Below are positions 20,555-32,300 of a stretch of DNA of 36,641 bases, in pieces. Each line of letters opens with the position of its first letter. The first letter of the stretch is position 1. Origin of the DNA: Octopus bimaculoides (taxonomy: Eukaryota); NCBI RefSeq assembly GCF_001194135.2, contig NC_068994.1:18122370-18159010 (forward strand). Reading direction: 5' to 3'. The translations under genes were made by a program, and so were the position numbers. Under the pieces are notes generated by a model. It did not search any database. It saw only the letters and a program-made list of their open reading frames with translations, and was not told the DNA's origin.

Positions 20555-21000
20555 CTAGATACAGAAATCGAAATCATAGCCAATGACTTGGCAAGTAAAG
20601 TGACATCACAGCTGGGGCCGATACCAGTGTCACATAACCAACCCATTTAAATGTGCCCCAGAATCATTGGGCAATACGCTGTGCTTGAGAAGACCTATTT
20701 TGAGTCAAGTAAAATCAAAATTGTAGTCATGGTCGATGCCAGTGTTACCTGACTGGCTCCCCGTGCCAGTTGCACCATCTGAACATGGTCGATGCCAGTG
20801 CTGCCTGACTGGCTCTTGTACCAGTGGCACATAAAAAGCACGCACTACTCTTGAAGTGGTTGGCATTAGGAAGGGCATCCAGCTGTAGAAACCTTGCTAA
20901 ATCAGATTGGAGCCTGGTGCAGCCTAGTGGCTATCCAGTTCTCACTCAAACTGTCCAACCCATGCCAGCATGGAAAACAATGATAAAGTTGATGACAGGA
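20555..21000 (+). mobile_element. Family C repeat with extended 5' part
   Basis: GATACAGAAATCGAAATCATAGCC, two CATGGTCGATGCCAGTG..CCTGACTGGCTC units, TTGGCATTAGGAAGGGCATCCAGCTGTAGAAACC. Confidence 0.75.
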
Positions 21001-21382
21001 GAAAATGCATCTCAACAGCTCAACTTCCAAATAAATTACACCTCATAACATGTCTGAGACCATACATCCAGTACACAGATACTTCAAATGACAGGGAATA
21101 ACACTAAAATTGCAAGCATTCAAAATAAGAAAAAAAACCCATCAAGGCCAAGTGAATCTAGCTTGGCATTGGCAGAGTCAGTAGAACATCTAATAGAATA
21201 GGTTGAATTATTTGTTCTGACTCTGTAACTTGTGGTGAAAAGTTGCTGAAGTCAACTTTGATTTTTATCTTTTCGAATTTATCTTTCGAATTGATGGAAC
21301 TATTAGAGCATCAGTTTGGATGCCTTGTGGTAGCTGCTCTGGCTCTTTGCATTCTAATAGCAATACCTGCAATAGCTCTGGC

Positions 21383-21439
21383 ACCAATCTGTATCAACCT
21401 TGCCTTCCCAAAGGAAAGGCAAGGTTGATACAGATTGGT
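21383..21439. repeat. Perfect 24-bp inverted repeat (hairpin, 9-nt centre)
   Basis: ACCAATCTGTATCAACCTTGCCTT / AAGGCAAGGTTGATACAGATTGGT separated by CCCAAAGGA. Confidence 0.95.
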
Positions 21440-21667
21440 TGCAATCTCACTTTACTTACCAGGTCATTGGCTATGATTTCAATTTCTGTATCCAGAAGCA
21501 TGGAGAAAGGAGACTTGCCGACATGAGCCGCTTTTAGTCTTTTTACACACACACACACGCATGCATGCATGCACGCATGCACGCACGCACGCACGCACGC
21601 ACGCACACAGAATCTTACCCAGACCTACCTTGAGATACAGAAACCTATGGTAAGCCATAACGGAAGG

Positions 21668-21800
21668 AAGCTCAAGATTAAAAGAGGTTTGAGATAAAAG
21701 GAGGCTCAAGATCAAACGAAACTCAAGATTAAAGGAGGTTCAAGATTAAAGGAGACTCAAAATTAAAAGAAGATCAAGGAGGTTCATGATTAAACATCAC
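21668..21800 (+). repeat. Degenerate ~17-bp minisatellite
   Basis: About seven units of TCAAGATTAAAGGAG(GT). Confidence 0.8.
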
Positions 21801-23645
21801 CATGACTGAAGGAGGCTCTAGATACAGTCATATAAAGTGACCATATTTGATTGCTAGCTATTTTATCAACTTAGTAGGGATAAGAGAAAGTGCATCTGCT
21901 AGGATTTGAATTGTAAATCCAAAAATACAAGACTAAATTCTGAAGTTTCTAGCATTTCTTTAAGACTTTTTGCTCTAAAAGGAATCTTAACACAAGTTTT
22001 GTTTTAAGTGATTTGTTGCTATCTTTGTTTTCTTTCCTACTCAATTTTTGATGCTATGAGAATTACCTCAAACTGTATCACTGAATCCGTATTATAATTT
22101 TGTTAAGGACAACTATAATCAACAAAAATATAATAAAGAAACCAATGTTCAGCCTTCATTAAAATTTTCACTTCAAGATATAAAGAGCAATATTGATATT
22201 TCATAAATGTGACATTCTTTATAGTGCTCAGTCAATGCTGTTTCCCATTTTTTTCAATAGCTGTGTATTGTATACCTATTTTGTGTGTGTGTGTGTGTGT
22301 GTGTCCATGTGTATGTACAGTTCTCACTTGATAAGAATAGTGACGTTGTTAAGAAGTATACAGAATGGTATTCATTCATTCAGTCATCCTCTTATTTTGT
22401 TCCTTCATTCCAAGGGGTTAAAATTTAGGTTGACATTAAATGAAGAAATAGATAAAAATAGCCATTGATACTAGTATTAAAGTACTATTTTCAATTCAGT
22501 GTTGTCTTGGATTCATTGAGAATTGTAAATTCTGAAGAAAATAAACAAAAATGCACGATTGAGTTAAAATGGTTTCATTCATGTTCTCTAAATATATCAA
22601 AGTAGCTGTGACAAGTTATGCTGACTTTAATAAAATGTACATATGGTGTGAAGCTTCATTTTCAACATCAAGGATTATATGCCAAATGGATGAATGTATT
22701 ACAGTATACCTAAAAATAGGGGAAAGTTGCAGATATGCTCAAAGGAAGTTGAGTGTACAGATGTAGTGGTAAATGGATATGAGTAGATACCTACATATAA
22801 TATAGTGTGGGGAAGAAAGTTCAATACCCGTGGTGAAACTGTTGCATATGAGCATTGGCCACTTTTAGTTAGTTCTCTTACCATACTTTGCTTAAATTAT
22901 GCAAATTACCTAGGTCGTAAATGCTTTTCCTCTGTTTTATAGAAGTCTAAATCCTTTGGCTACTGGAAATAAGGTTGGAAAATTGTCATGCTGGTGATGG
23001 TTACAGAATCAGAAATATGTTCATGACTATCCTCTTATCTCCAGACAATAAGCTTGTCCTTTTCCTTAATGGCATATCAGTTTTAGAGAGTTCTTGAATA
23101 TTGAGATTATCTCCCTCCTCTCAAATGGAGCTGGTCTTCATTGTCATTTTGATAATTATGACACACCCTCTAGAGGTAGAGATAAATTTAATAAATCGAG
23201 AATTATTGATAAGTGATCTGGCAAGCTCAGAGAAGTTCTTGTGTGAGCTTGACCAAACTCTGCTAGTTGAAGGTATAATTGTTGAGTTGATCATAGAAAA
23301 GGTGAAATCCTACATGAACATTTTAAAAACACTCACAGGAAGTACATTTAGCAAATGCAAAAGAAAAAGAAACAATAAATAAAAACAACACCAGTGTACA
23401 AATGATATATTAGATCCATTAAATATGGTATGCTTGTTTTATCTGTACCATTTCCAGATTTTTTCACTGCAAACTACAAAAATCATATGAGCCAGATAGG
23501 AAGCTTCTATGCTCAATATGCTAGAAATAGTAACCAAATCTTATACAAATCCCACTTTATTATCTTAGAGAAGGATACATTGTATAATGTGATCATAGAA
23601 GGACTGTGTTGGGAAAGGTAAAAGATATTTAATGCAGAAATTCCT

Positions 23646-24048
23646 TTAACCCTTCAGCATTAAGATTACTTTCTCAAATTATTTATTCATATTGTTTTGA
23701 ATTAATCATGCGTTATCTTATAGCTTTGAGATTTTGATAAGATTGTTTATTTTTAGAATGACATTGTAGGGTAGGTGAGATAGGTTAGATCTGGTCAGTT
23801 TGAACATAAATCAAGCAGAATATTTTGGCTGGATATAGCCTGTTTAACCCTTTAGCATTCAGATTGCTTTTTCAAATGTAATGCTTTTTTTTAAATATCT
23901 TTTTGAATTAATCTTGTATTATCTCATAGCTTCAAAGATTTTGATATGATTGTAGGCTTGATGTGAGACACAAGATATGGCTAGCTTTAATATAAAACAG
24001 GTAGAATACTTGGGCTGGATATGATGGGTTTAAATGCTAAGGGGTTAA
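23646..24048 (+). mobile_element. Two head-to-tail copies of a TTAA-flanked (piggyBac-type) MITE
   Basis: TTAA-CCCTT(C/T)AGCATT starts at 23646 and 23844; right end AATGCTAAGGGG-TTAA at 24048. Confidence 0.75.
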
Positions 24049-24364
24049 TCATTACACTTCATATCAGGTTGCATGTTGCATCCAAAATACTCCAAATCAA
24101 ATACTACCAGGATCAAGGAGAGCAAGTGCTAAAATTTGATGTCTTTGATATTAAGTGTTCAGTCACCCTCAAAATTCAGACAGACCTATAATGCCATCAT
24201 AAAAACGCTGTCTCTGTTTTGTTATGGTTAAATGAATTCAAAAACATATACACTCAACATTGCACTGATATGAAAAACCTCATTAGCCCCTGATATTGTG
24301 CTGAGAGGCACATCACTACAGAAATATGTATAAAAGAACAGCAGCTGATGAATTGTGACTGAGT

Positions 24365-24540
24365 CAGTCTCTCTTACTTTAACTGTGGTGTCGGTTTCAT
24401 GTAAAAAGCACCCAGTATACACTGTAAAATGGTTGGTGTTAGGGAGGGCATCCAGCCATAGAATCCAAGCAAATCAGACCAAACCATTCAGCCCATTTCA
24501 GTATGGAAAATGCATGTTAAAGGATGATGATGATGTTTGC
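24365..24540 (+). mobile_element. Family C repeat
   Basis: AAAAAGCACCCAGTATAC..AGGGAGGGCATCCAGCCATAGAA..GATGATGATG. Confidence 0.7.
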
Positions 24541-25085
24541 AGTGTATTTCTTCTTTTTATTTTGAGTAACATCTGTTTTTTTTCTGCAATTTTGCATTCT
24601 CTTGAAAAATAACTGAGTAGAATCAGTTATTTTTCAATTCACCAGCAAGTGCAATACAAAACTACAAGCATACATGAGCAAACAGGACACTAAAGAACAT
24701 CTGATATGCACCTTATACAATAAGCTACAGGATGGTGGAATGTGCAGTGTGATTCTTAATTGGGCTGAAATATGTCATATCTGGAGCCCTGGGTCTGTGA
24801 ATTGGACCTAATCTTTTCACTAACTAAGTATAGGCTTGCTAGATCTGAGCTGATTAAAGTTACAATGTAATAAGACTGCTACTGTTTTGTTGCATATTTG
24901 GATAACACTTTCCTTTGAATTTAGAAGACAACTAAGATGTTTTACTCATTAAAACTCTTGACATAGAAACTTTATATTCCAGAACTGGCAAAACTGCTGT
25001 TATAGAGTAAGAACACCAAATCTTGCAGATATAGAATACTCTAACACCTGTAAAATGAATAAATATTACAAAGGTATGGATGTAT

Positions 25086-25128
<43 letters not shown>

Positions 25129-25746
25129 TAATATACAAACACACACACACCTGTATGTATGCATCCTTCACAAGCAAAAGGAAGTGAACTAAAGGATGAG
25201 AAAACTGAAAAACTGTTACTCTTCAAGAATATTCTTAAGAATATTTTTCTGTAATGATTCATGGCAGAAATGCCATAAACTGGTGATTCATCTATTGCAA
25301 ACCTGTAATTAATGATAGTATTGTTCCCCAGTTGTCATTGAAAATGAGAAAAAATGTCTGTTTGTCAGAGTTAACCAAGAAGCAAAATAAGCATGCGCTT
25401 AGGGCATCAAGGGAAGGAGGCACACAGAAATGGTAAATGGCTTACAGTACAAAAGAAATCACTTTAAAAATTGCTAAAATAATATTCAAGATACCTTATC
25501 TTTACTAAATATAGAAACAGAATTATGTAAGAATAATTTTGAGGATCTGATCAAAGATTTTGCAATTAAAAAAAGTAGAAGTAAACTTTTCAAATATAAG
25601 TGAAGTGGAAGTTTACAAAAATAAACATTATTTTCCATCTTACTGTTAGTTTTGTTTCATTTTGAAAAAAAAAGAAATTTATTTTATGTCAGAAAATATA
25701 TTTTCAATTTTGTTACCCTTTTGCAAAATTGAAACAAACAATAAAA

Positions 25747-25971
25747 TTAACAGTTTAGCATTCAGATTTTTCTATCAAATTTAATGCTTATTTTCACATT
25801 CTTTTGAATTAATCATGCATTATCTCATGATTTGGGGATTTTGATCAAATGATTGTTTTATTTTTAGAAAGATATTGTAGGATAGGTGTAAGAGACTTGA
25901 TCTGGCATTTGAACAACAAACAGGTAGAATATTTGTGCTGGATATGACTGGTTTAAATGATAAAAGGTTAA
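25747..25971 (+). mobile_element. piggyBac-type MITE, third copy
   Basis: TTAAC..TTTAGCATTCAG ... TTTGAATTAATCATGC ... GGTTTAAATGATAAAAGG-TTAA. Confidence 0.7.
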
Positions 25972-26184
25972 ATTCGCACCAAACCTTATGGAATTATGAA
26001 TATATAATGGAATTCTAGTTTCTACTCTTCTATGTTTCCTAGTAAGTTTACTTTTATTTCTAGTCTGTACAAAAATGCCAGTGCCTTATCTGGGATATAC
26101 ATTATACTCTAATGACCCCAATCTGTCATGCTTTTAGTTGTTGCTTTATTGTGACTATATTGTAAATGTAATATGCTGAAAGGT

Positions 26185-26340
26185 CCAGTTTAATCACTTT
26201 CTGTGTCAGGCTGAATTTCCTTGAGAACTATTTTCAGAGTATGCATGTCTGTGGAGTGCTCAGCCACTTGCACATTAATTTAACGAGCTGTGTTGTGGAT
26301 TAGATCAACTGGAACCCTTGTCGTCATAACTGATGGCAGG
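26185..26340 (+). mobile_element. OR-like SINE 3' fragment
   Basis: TGTCTGTGGAGTGCTCAGCCACTTGCACATTAATTT..GATCAACTGGAACCC matches 8657-8735. Confidence 0.75.
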
Positions 26341-26419
26341 CTAGTTAGTTACTTTCAATAAATCTTGAAATACAATCAATAATTTGGAAAAAAATTTAAC
26401 AAAATAATTAATTTTTTCT

Positions 26420-26640
26420 ATACTGGTTTCAAATTTTGGCACAAGGCTAGCAAGTTCGAGAGAGGGTGCTAATCAATTACATTGACCCTGGTGCTCAACT
26501 GGTACTTATTTTATTGATCCCAAAAGGATGAAAGGCAAAGTCAACCTCAGTGGAATTTGAACTCAGAACATAAAGACGGATGAAATGCTGCTAAGCATTT
26601 TGCCCAACATGCAAATGATTCTGCCAGCTTACTGCCACCT
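26420..26640 (-). mobile_element. SINE family B, antisense, well preserved
   Basis: CAAATTTTGGCACAAGG..AAAGGATGAAAGGCAAAGTCAACCTC..TTCTGCCAGCTTACT. Confidence 0.82.
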
Positions 26641-26644
26641 AATA

Positions 26645-26849
26645 TTTTAAATCTCACCAGAGCTAGTGCCATGTAAAAAGTTCTCAGTCCACTCTGTAAG
26701 GTGGTCGGCATTAGGAAGGGCATCCTGCTGTAAAAACCTTGCCAAAACAGATAGTGAAGCCTGGTGTAGTTTTCTAGTTTACCAGCTCCTGTCAAAATGT
26801 CCAGTGCATGCCAGCATGGGAAATGGACATTGAATGATGATGATGACGG

Positions 26850-26897
<48 letters not shown>
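26645..26897 (+). mobile_element. Family C repeat with long (GAT)n tail
   Basis: GGCATTAGGAAGGGCATCC..CCAGCATGGGAAATGGAC..(GAT)n at 26834-26897. Confidence 0.78.
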
Positions 26898-26898
<1 letters not shown>

Positions 26899-27714
26899 AA
26901 GTTTGTATTTAGAACGTCATAAGTTTCCTACTTTAAACAGAAACACTTCAAAGCAGGAGATTTTAAGAATATCTCATGAATCATATTCTCAGGTGGAATC
27001 AAAAGGGTTAATTATTGAATTCTTTTGTCTAGCCTTTGTATTATCACTTAAGTTCTAATTGGAGTGCTTTGTTGTCATTTTGGCATGTTTTCCTATGTTC
27101 TACACTGATATTATTACACATTAAATGTTGAAAATTAAAATTTCTGATGTAAAATTGCTAAGCTTTCTTTTTTACAACATATGGCTGTTGAAATGCTTTC
27201 ATTTGAAGAACATTATACAACATTTCAAATATGAAACACATGAACTACCATGCTGTTATAGCAACATACTCACTAAATGTTCTACAGATGGTAATTACAT
27301 CAAATGGAACATAAATAGCAACAGACAAGACCTTGTATATAGATACAGCTTGTTGTTTACAAGGTATGTTTATTTGTAGTAGTTGTTTTTGCTAATATTA
27401 GTGCACTAACTAGTATTCACTGGTACCCCATACTTCATATTGGTTTCCTTATCCAAAATCTTAGATTTATAGGGAATGAGCAGTAAGATTGCATGCTATC
27501 ACTGTTTTTTTCCAAGTGGTGTAATTACATTGAAATGGCTTCATCAAGGAACTTAAACTTAATTTCATTTTTGACTTGTAAATCTGTGTGTTCTCTGTAG
27601 TACTTAGTGTTCTTCAAATTTAATATTACCTCAGCTAGCCATCTACAGTTGTCATGCGCTTAGTTAACAAATCATATGGCAGCCACATGGACACATCTCA
27701 TTTGGAGTAAGAAA

Positions 27715-27915
27715 GAAAAGGCACCTGTGCTGGTGACACGTAAAAGACACCCAATACACTCTGTAGAGTGGTTAGCATTAGGAAAGGCATCCAGCCATAG
27801 AAACCAATCCAAATCAGACTGAAGCCTGGTGCAGCTCTCTGGCTTACTAGTTCTAGTCAAACCATCTAACAACCCATGCCAGCATGAAAAACAGACATTA
27901 AATGATGATGAGGAG
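27715..27915 (+). mobile_element. Family C repeat
   Basis: Same motifs; one 26-bp internal unit. Confidence 0.75.
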
Positions 27916-28254
27916 GAGTCAATAAATTTCTTATATTATATTTCAAAGAATATAATCTGGTGAAATAATTGGTCTGCTTGAAATGATTTTTGGTGATTTT
28001 TGATCAATTTTAGGGACACCTTCAAAATATTCCATATATTTTTATTGTGTAAATAACTAGTGGGGCATTTCATTTTTAGTACTTATTTTAGTACTTTAGT
28101 AGTTAGGTAATCCCTTTAACATCTACAATGTAATGATATTTTGCTGCTCATTCATTTATTTATTTTGAAGAATGAAACAGATGAGAATGAAATTTTATCA
28201 CAGATGGTCATAGTTTATCACAAATTAATTTTCCTGGCTATGTTGTGTGGTCAG

Positions 28255-28552
28255 TACTGGTGACACATTAAAGGTAGCTGTAATGGTAGCACATGTGAGG
28301 CACCCATGCCAGTGACACATAAAAAGCATTCATGCCAGTGACACATTAAAGGCCCCTGTGCTGGTGACACATAAAAGACACCCAGTATACTCTATGGAGT
28401 GGTTGGTGTTAGGAAGAGCATCTAGATGTAGAAACCAAGCCAAATCAGAGTGGAGCCTTGTGCAGCTCTCCAGCTTACAGTTCCAGTCAAACTGTCTAAC
28501 CCATTACCCATGCCAGCATGGAAAATGGATACTAAATGATGATGATGATGAT
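28255..28552 (+). mobile_element. Family C repeat
   Basis: Same motifs; three to four 26-bp internal units and a GAT tail. Confidence 0.75.
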
Positions 28553-28864
28553 ACCTATTGTCATTGTTTGATACCTTGTATCAGTTTTACTCAGGTATAT
28601 CTATAGATTAACAGTTACATAATCAACTGTTTAATAGTAACATTCTGGTGAAGCCCCTGTGACATAATTTTAAAGAATAAGCATTTGATTATTAGAAATG
28701 CAATGTAGCAGTTTCTGAATATTCCAGTCATGCTTAGTAGTAAGTTATACTACTAAGCACATTTTAGCAAAATTTAGAGGCCCCTCTGTTAGATGAAGCT
28801 GCAAATCAACACTAGATGATGGTTATTCAGATGTAGGAAAGGAAATCCATCTTCTCCATCCACT

Positions 28865-29185
28865 ATTCCTGGGTGAGTCATGGGGGTGGGTACACTTACT
28901 GGCTGAATTCTCAAGCATGACCAACTGAGACAATGGGTATTGTCCAACTATTTCATTCTTGATCTACCACTAGGTCTGTTGCCAGTTGGCTTGGCTTGAA
29001 AAATTTGCCCCATGATTCTTTCCTGCAACATTTTAATCACATGTCCATAGTACTGGAGCTGTGACCTCTTAATGCAGAAAAGTAGCAGCTTGACCTGGAG
29101 AGACTCCCTGATATCAGAGCTATGTACCCTATTGTTACTCCAGAAGTCCTTTGGAGGAATCCTGTTTCTGGCCACTTGCATTTGT
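28865..29185 (-). mobile_element. RTE LINE 3' fragment
   Basis: IKRSQLQYYGHVIKMLQERIMGQIFQAKPTGNRPSGRSR. Confidence 0.82.
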
Positions 29186-29289
29186 GATCACACTCTTTTA
29201 GTTATTACATGACATTCATGATCTTAGGTGAAGATATGCATGAAAACCAAATTGAAGATAATGAGTTTGGCTTTTTTACTAAAATACCA

Positions 29290-30790
29290 CCGACAGTTAG
29301 GCATTCCTTAGGACAGCTTGATGCAAATCAGTGACCAGTTTAGTGGATGAAGTAGACATCCCAATAGGAAGCAGGTGGTAGTAGAATAGTAAGAAGTAAA
29401 AGACATGCCTTGGAAGAATGGAAGTCTGCAACTTTTAGTGACAGTGAAATGAAAGTGGTTCAGTAGAGCTACAATTAGAGATTGATGAATGAAGGTTGAT
29501 ATTGGTTTCAAATTTGGGCACAAGGTCAGTAATTTGGGGGAAAGAGCAAATCGATTACATCAACCCCAGTACTCAACTGGTACATATTTTATTAACCCCA
29601 AAAGGATGAAAGGCAAAGTTGACCTCGACAGCATTTGAACTCAGAATGTAAAGACAAGATGCAAAGCATTTTGCTTGGTATACTAATGATTCTGGCCATC
29701 CTAAGATTAGCTTTAGCATGATTAGTAAGGCTATTAAGAAAATGAAAGCAGAGAAAGCAGAAATTCCAGTAGGGATAGCTGGTAAGATGTTGGAGGTTAT
29801 CAGGAAATGTATATTATAAAATAGTATGTATAACATAGGCAAGTTACTTAGTTAAAGAAACAATGGAGGAAGGTGTTATTTTTAGTAACTGGCATAACTG
29901 CATTATCATCACAACAAAGGGCATGTGAGGAGAAATTTTTAATGTCTTGAATTAATGGACCAAGTCCTAAAAGTAGTTGAGAAAGTTTTAACAAAGATCA
30001 ATGTTAGGTTAACTTGGATAGGATGCAGTTCTTTTTAGCTTGTACCAGAGATACCACAGATTCCTTATTTCTAACGAGACAACAAGAGAAATTCTTATCT
30101 GGAAACAAGTCACACTACTATTCTTATCTGGAAAAGCCCTTCAACAGAGTCCCTTATTCTATAGTCCAGTGGGAGCTAAGGAAACTAGTTGTAGATGAAT
30201 GACTTGTGGGAGCCTTGTAGATCAGTGTTTCTCAACCATTTTTTGCTTATGGACCCCTTTGATTCCTATTTTACTCTACTGGACCTTCATACCAATTCAA
30301 TGTTTTTTAAAAAATCTATTATAATTAAATATTAGGAATTGTATTAAAAAATTTTTATATTTTGTGTATTGTAGAAGTATAACTAATTTATTGCACATAA
30401 ATTTTAACAAGACCTTGTATGGACCCCAGTTGAGGACTACTATTGTAAATTATGAATGAGGATGCTATTAGCCAAGTTAGGCTTGGCAATGAGTTTAGTG
30501 AGTTAGGATTTCTTCATGCCTTTGTTCACCATTCCCTCTGTTCATTATAGTTCTTGAGGCTTTATCCCTAGAGTTTAAGCTTGCTTGTGCAGTTCTACTC
30601 CCATATAATTACAGGAGCTCAGTAAATAGTGTTATAGTTAGAAGAGTGAAGGAGGAATGGATATTAGAAAGATGTGTCGTGGGGAAGACTTGACAGGTAC
30701 AGATTGGATGCGAGGGCATAGACATAAGCAATATGCTTTTAGGTTCTTATCATTGCTGTGATGGATGGTTTTCTCAAGTAGAGCAATCAT
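29290..30790 (+). mobile_element. Old RTE LINE remnant carrying nested SINE B (29495-29700, -) and hAT MITE
   Basis: KRHAWKNWK-like segment, ISKAIKKMK, MDRMQF, QQEKFL, YLEKPFNRVP, LRKLVVDE, DAISQV; many stops. Confidence 0.7.
30223..30442 (+). mobile_element. hAT-type MITE with 8-bp target-site duplication
   Basis: TIR CAGTGTTTCTCAACC with decayed right TIR AGTTGAGGACTACTA; flanks TTGTAGAT and TTGTAAAT. Confidence 0.78.
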
Positions 30791-30799
30791 CTTAGTCCT

Positions 30800-31125
30800 T
30801 TCTCCGCTCCTCCATACAGCTCAATGACTTTAGGTTGGTCTTCACTACTTCATTCCACATCTTCCTGTGTCTCCCTCTTCCACAAGTTTCAGCTTCATAA
30901 AGAAGTGATTGCCAATTCTTTATGCAACTGTCCTCATATGCTTCACATGACTAAACAAACACAGTCTTCTCTCTTGCACACTACATCCGATGCCTTTTAT
31001 GCCCATTTTTTTCTCTCAGCACATTTGCTGAGCATGGTAGCTTGGTTTCTTTCTAGTCTTTACATGTCCTCTGCATTCATAGCCTATATTTCACTACCAT
31101 GTAGCATTGCTGTACATAAGGAAAG
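30800..31125 (-). mobile_element. RTE LINE 3' fragment
   Basis: CAGTCTTCTCTCTTGCACACTACATC and CATTTCTT..AGTCTTTACATGTCCTC..CATGTAGCAT, homologous to 1450-1630. Confidence 0.7.
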
Positions 31126-31179
31126 CAATTACCTGAAACTTAATATTCTGTATTCAAGCCATAAAAATGGGTTAAAAGA

Positions 31180-31350
31180 AATGCAATGAGATCTCTGGCA
31201 GACTGACACCAAACCAGGCTATCAGTGTGATAGATGCACGAGAGTGTTAGCAATAAGAACAGCTAATCAATGAACATCATAGGCAGTACCTTAGATGTAA
31301 TTAATAGATTCTGATAGCTAGGTGAACTAATTAGTAGCTTGAGTAAACAA
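31180..31350 (+). mobile_element. RTE fragment (Cys region to YLG motif)
   Basis: YQCDRCTRVLAIR..GSTLDV.NRF..LG-like reading with indels. Confidence 0.5.
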
Positions 31351-31457
31351 AGATAGAAATTAAGTGGCAACAAGATTTCTCTCTATGTTTTACAGCATAC
31401 TTATATGAAGCATGTGCGAGAAATATAATATCACATGGTAATGATACACGATATTGA

Positions 31458-31962
31458 ACAGGTGGGGCTGAGTGGTAAGTAATTTGCTTCTCTTCCACAT
31501 GGCTCCATGTTCAGTCCTCCTGCATGTCACCTTGAGAAAGTCTCTTCTGCTATAGTCCTGGGTTGACCAAAACCTTGTGAGTGGATTTTGTAGGCAGAAA
31601 CTGAAAGAAGTCCATCCTGTATTTTTGTGTACCATGGACTACATTGTCCAATATGCCCATTTTTTTCAAATAAGTTGGATGCACTTTGAAGGAAATTTGG
31701 CTTCTATTTCTATCGACTGCATTGAGGTTCCTTCACTGGATATCCATTTAGTGTGTGTGTGTGTGTGTGTTTGTTTTTGTCTCCACTTCTCCCACTGCTT
31801 GACAACCAGTGTTGGTTTGTCTATGTCCTTGCTCAATAGAATTAGTATCAAGCTTGAAAAGAAAAATAACTACTGGGTTCTGTCTGTTTGACTTAAAACC
31901 CTTCAAAGGTGGTGCTCCAGCATAGCCACAATCCAATGACTGAAACAAGTATAAGATAAAAG
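31458..31962 (+). mobile_element. SINE family A with an internal ~130-bp insertion
   Basis: Head and CCTTGTGAGTGGATTT..GAAACTGAAAGAAG, (GT)n, tail AAAGGTGGTGCTCCAGCATAGCCACA..GAAACAAGTATAAGA. Confidence 0.8.
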
Positions 31963-32019
31963 ATTTGTTGTTAGAAATGAGCATCACTTGTCAGATGTAC
32001 ACTGTTAACCTGCATGTGA

Positions 32020-32300
32020 AGCTGGCCATAAGTTATCTGAGAGTGCAGTTGGGCATTAAAGACATCCATTGAAGTGTGTGGAAGTATATGGTAAAAGTAG
32101 TAATTGTTTTGATATGGTCAGTGATGTGAATGGATAATGATTGAAATTGCTGTCTGTTCTGGGAGGGCACTCTTGGCAGAGGAAGACCAAAGATGTTGCA
32201 AATAGTCAAATCAGATCTCAAAAATATTTAGCAGCATCCAAGAGATGATAAAAGAACTAAATTGACTGAAAATATTGTAGCAGACCTGTCCAACCCAGAT
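32020..32300 (+). mobile_element. RTE LINE 3' fragment, heavily decayed
   Basis: LRVQLGIKDI..GGTLGRGRPK..VKSDL. Confidence 0.6.

Noticed and set aside
22930-23382. Coding-looking segment (ORF 23101-23382) as a further ENO4 or antisense exon
   Set aside because: No match to enolase motifs, and all minus frames have stops; at best a very old LINE remnant.
25228-25245. 18-bp palindrome AATATTCTTAAGAATATT
   Set aside because: Short, AT-rich and low complexity; weak evidence on its own.
25332-25432. AG..GT-bounded open segment LSLKMRKNVCLSELTKKQNKHALRASREGGTQK
   Set aside because: No recognisable homology; such segments occur by chance.
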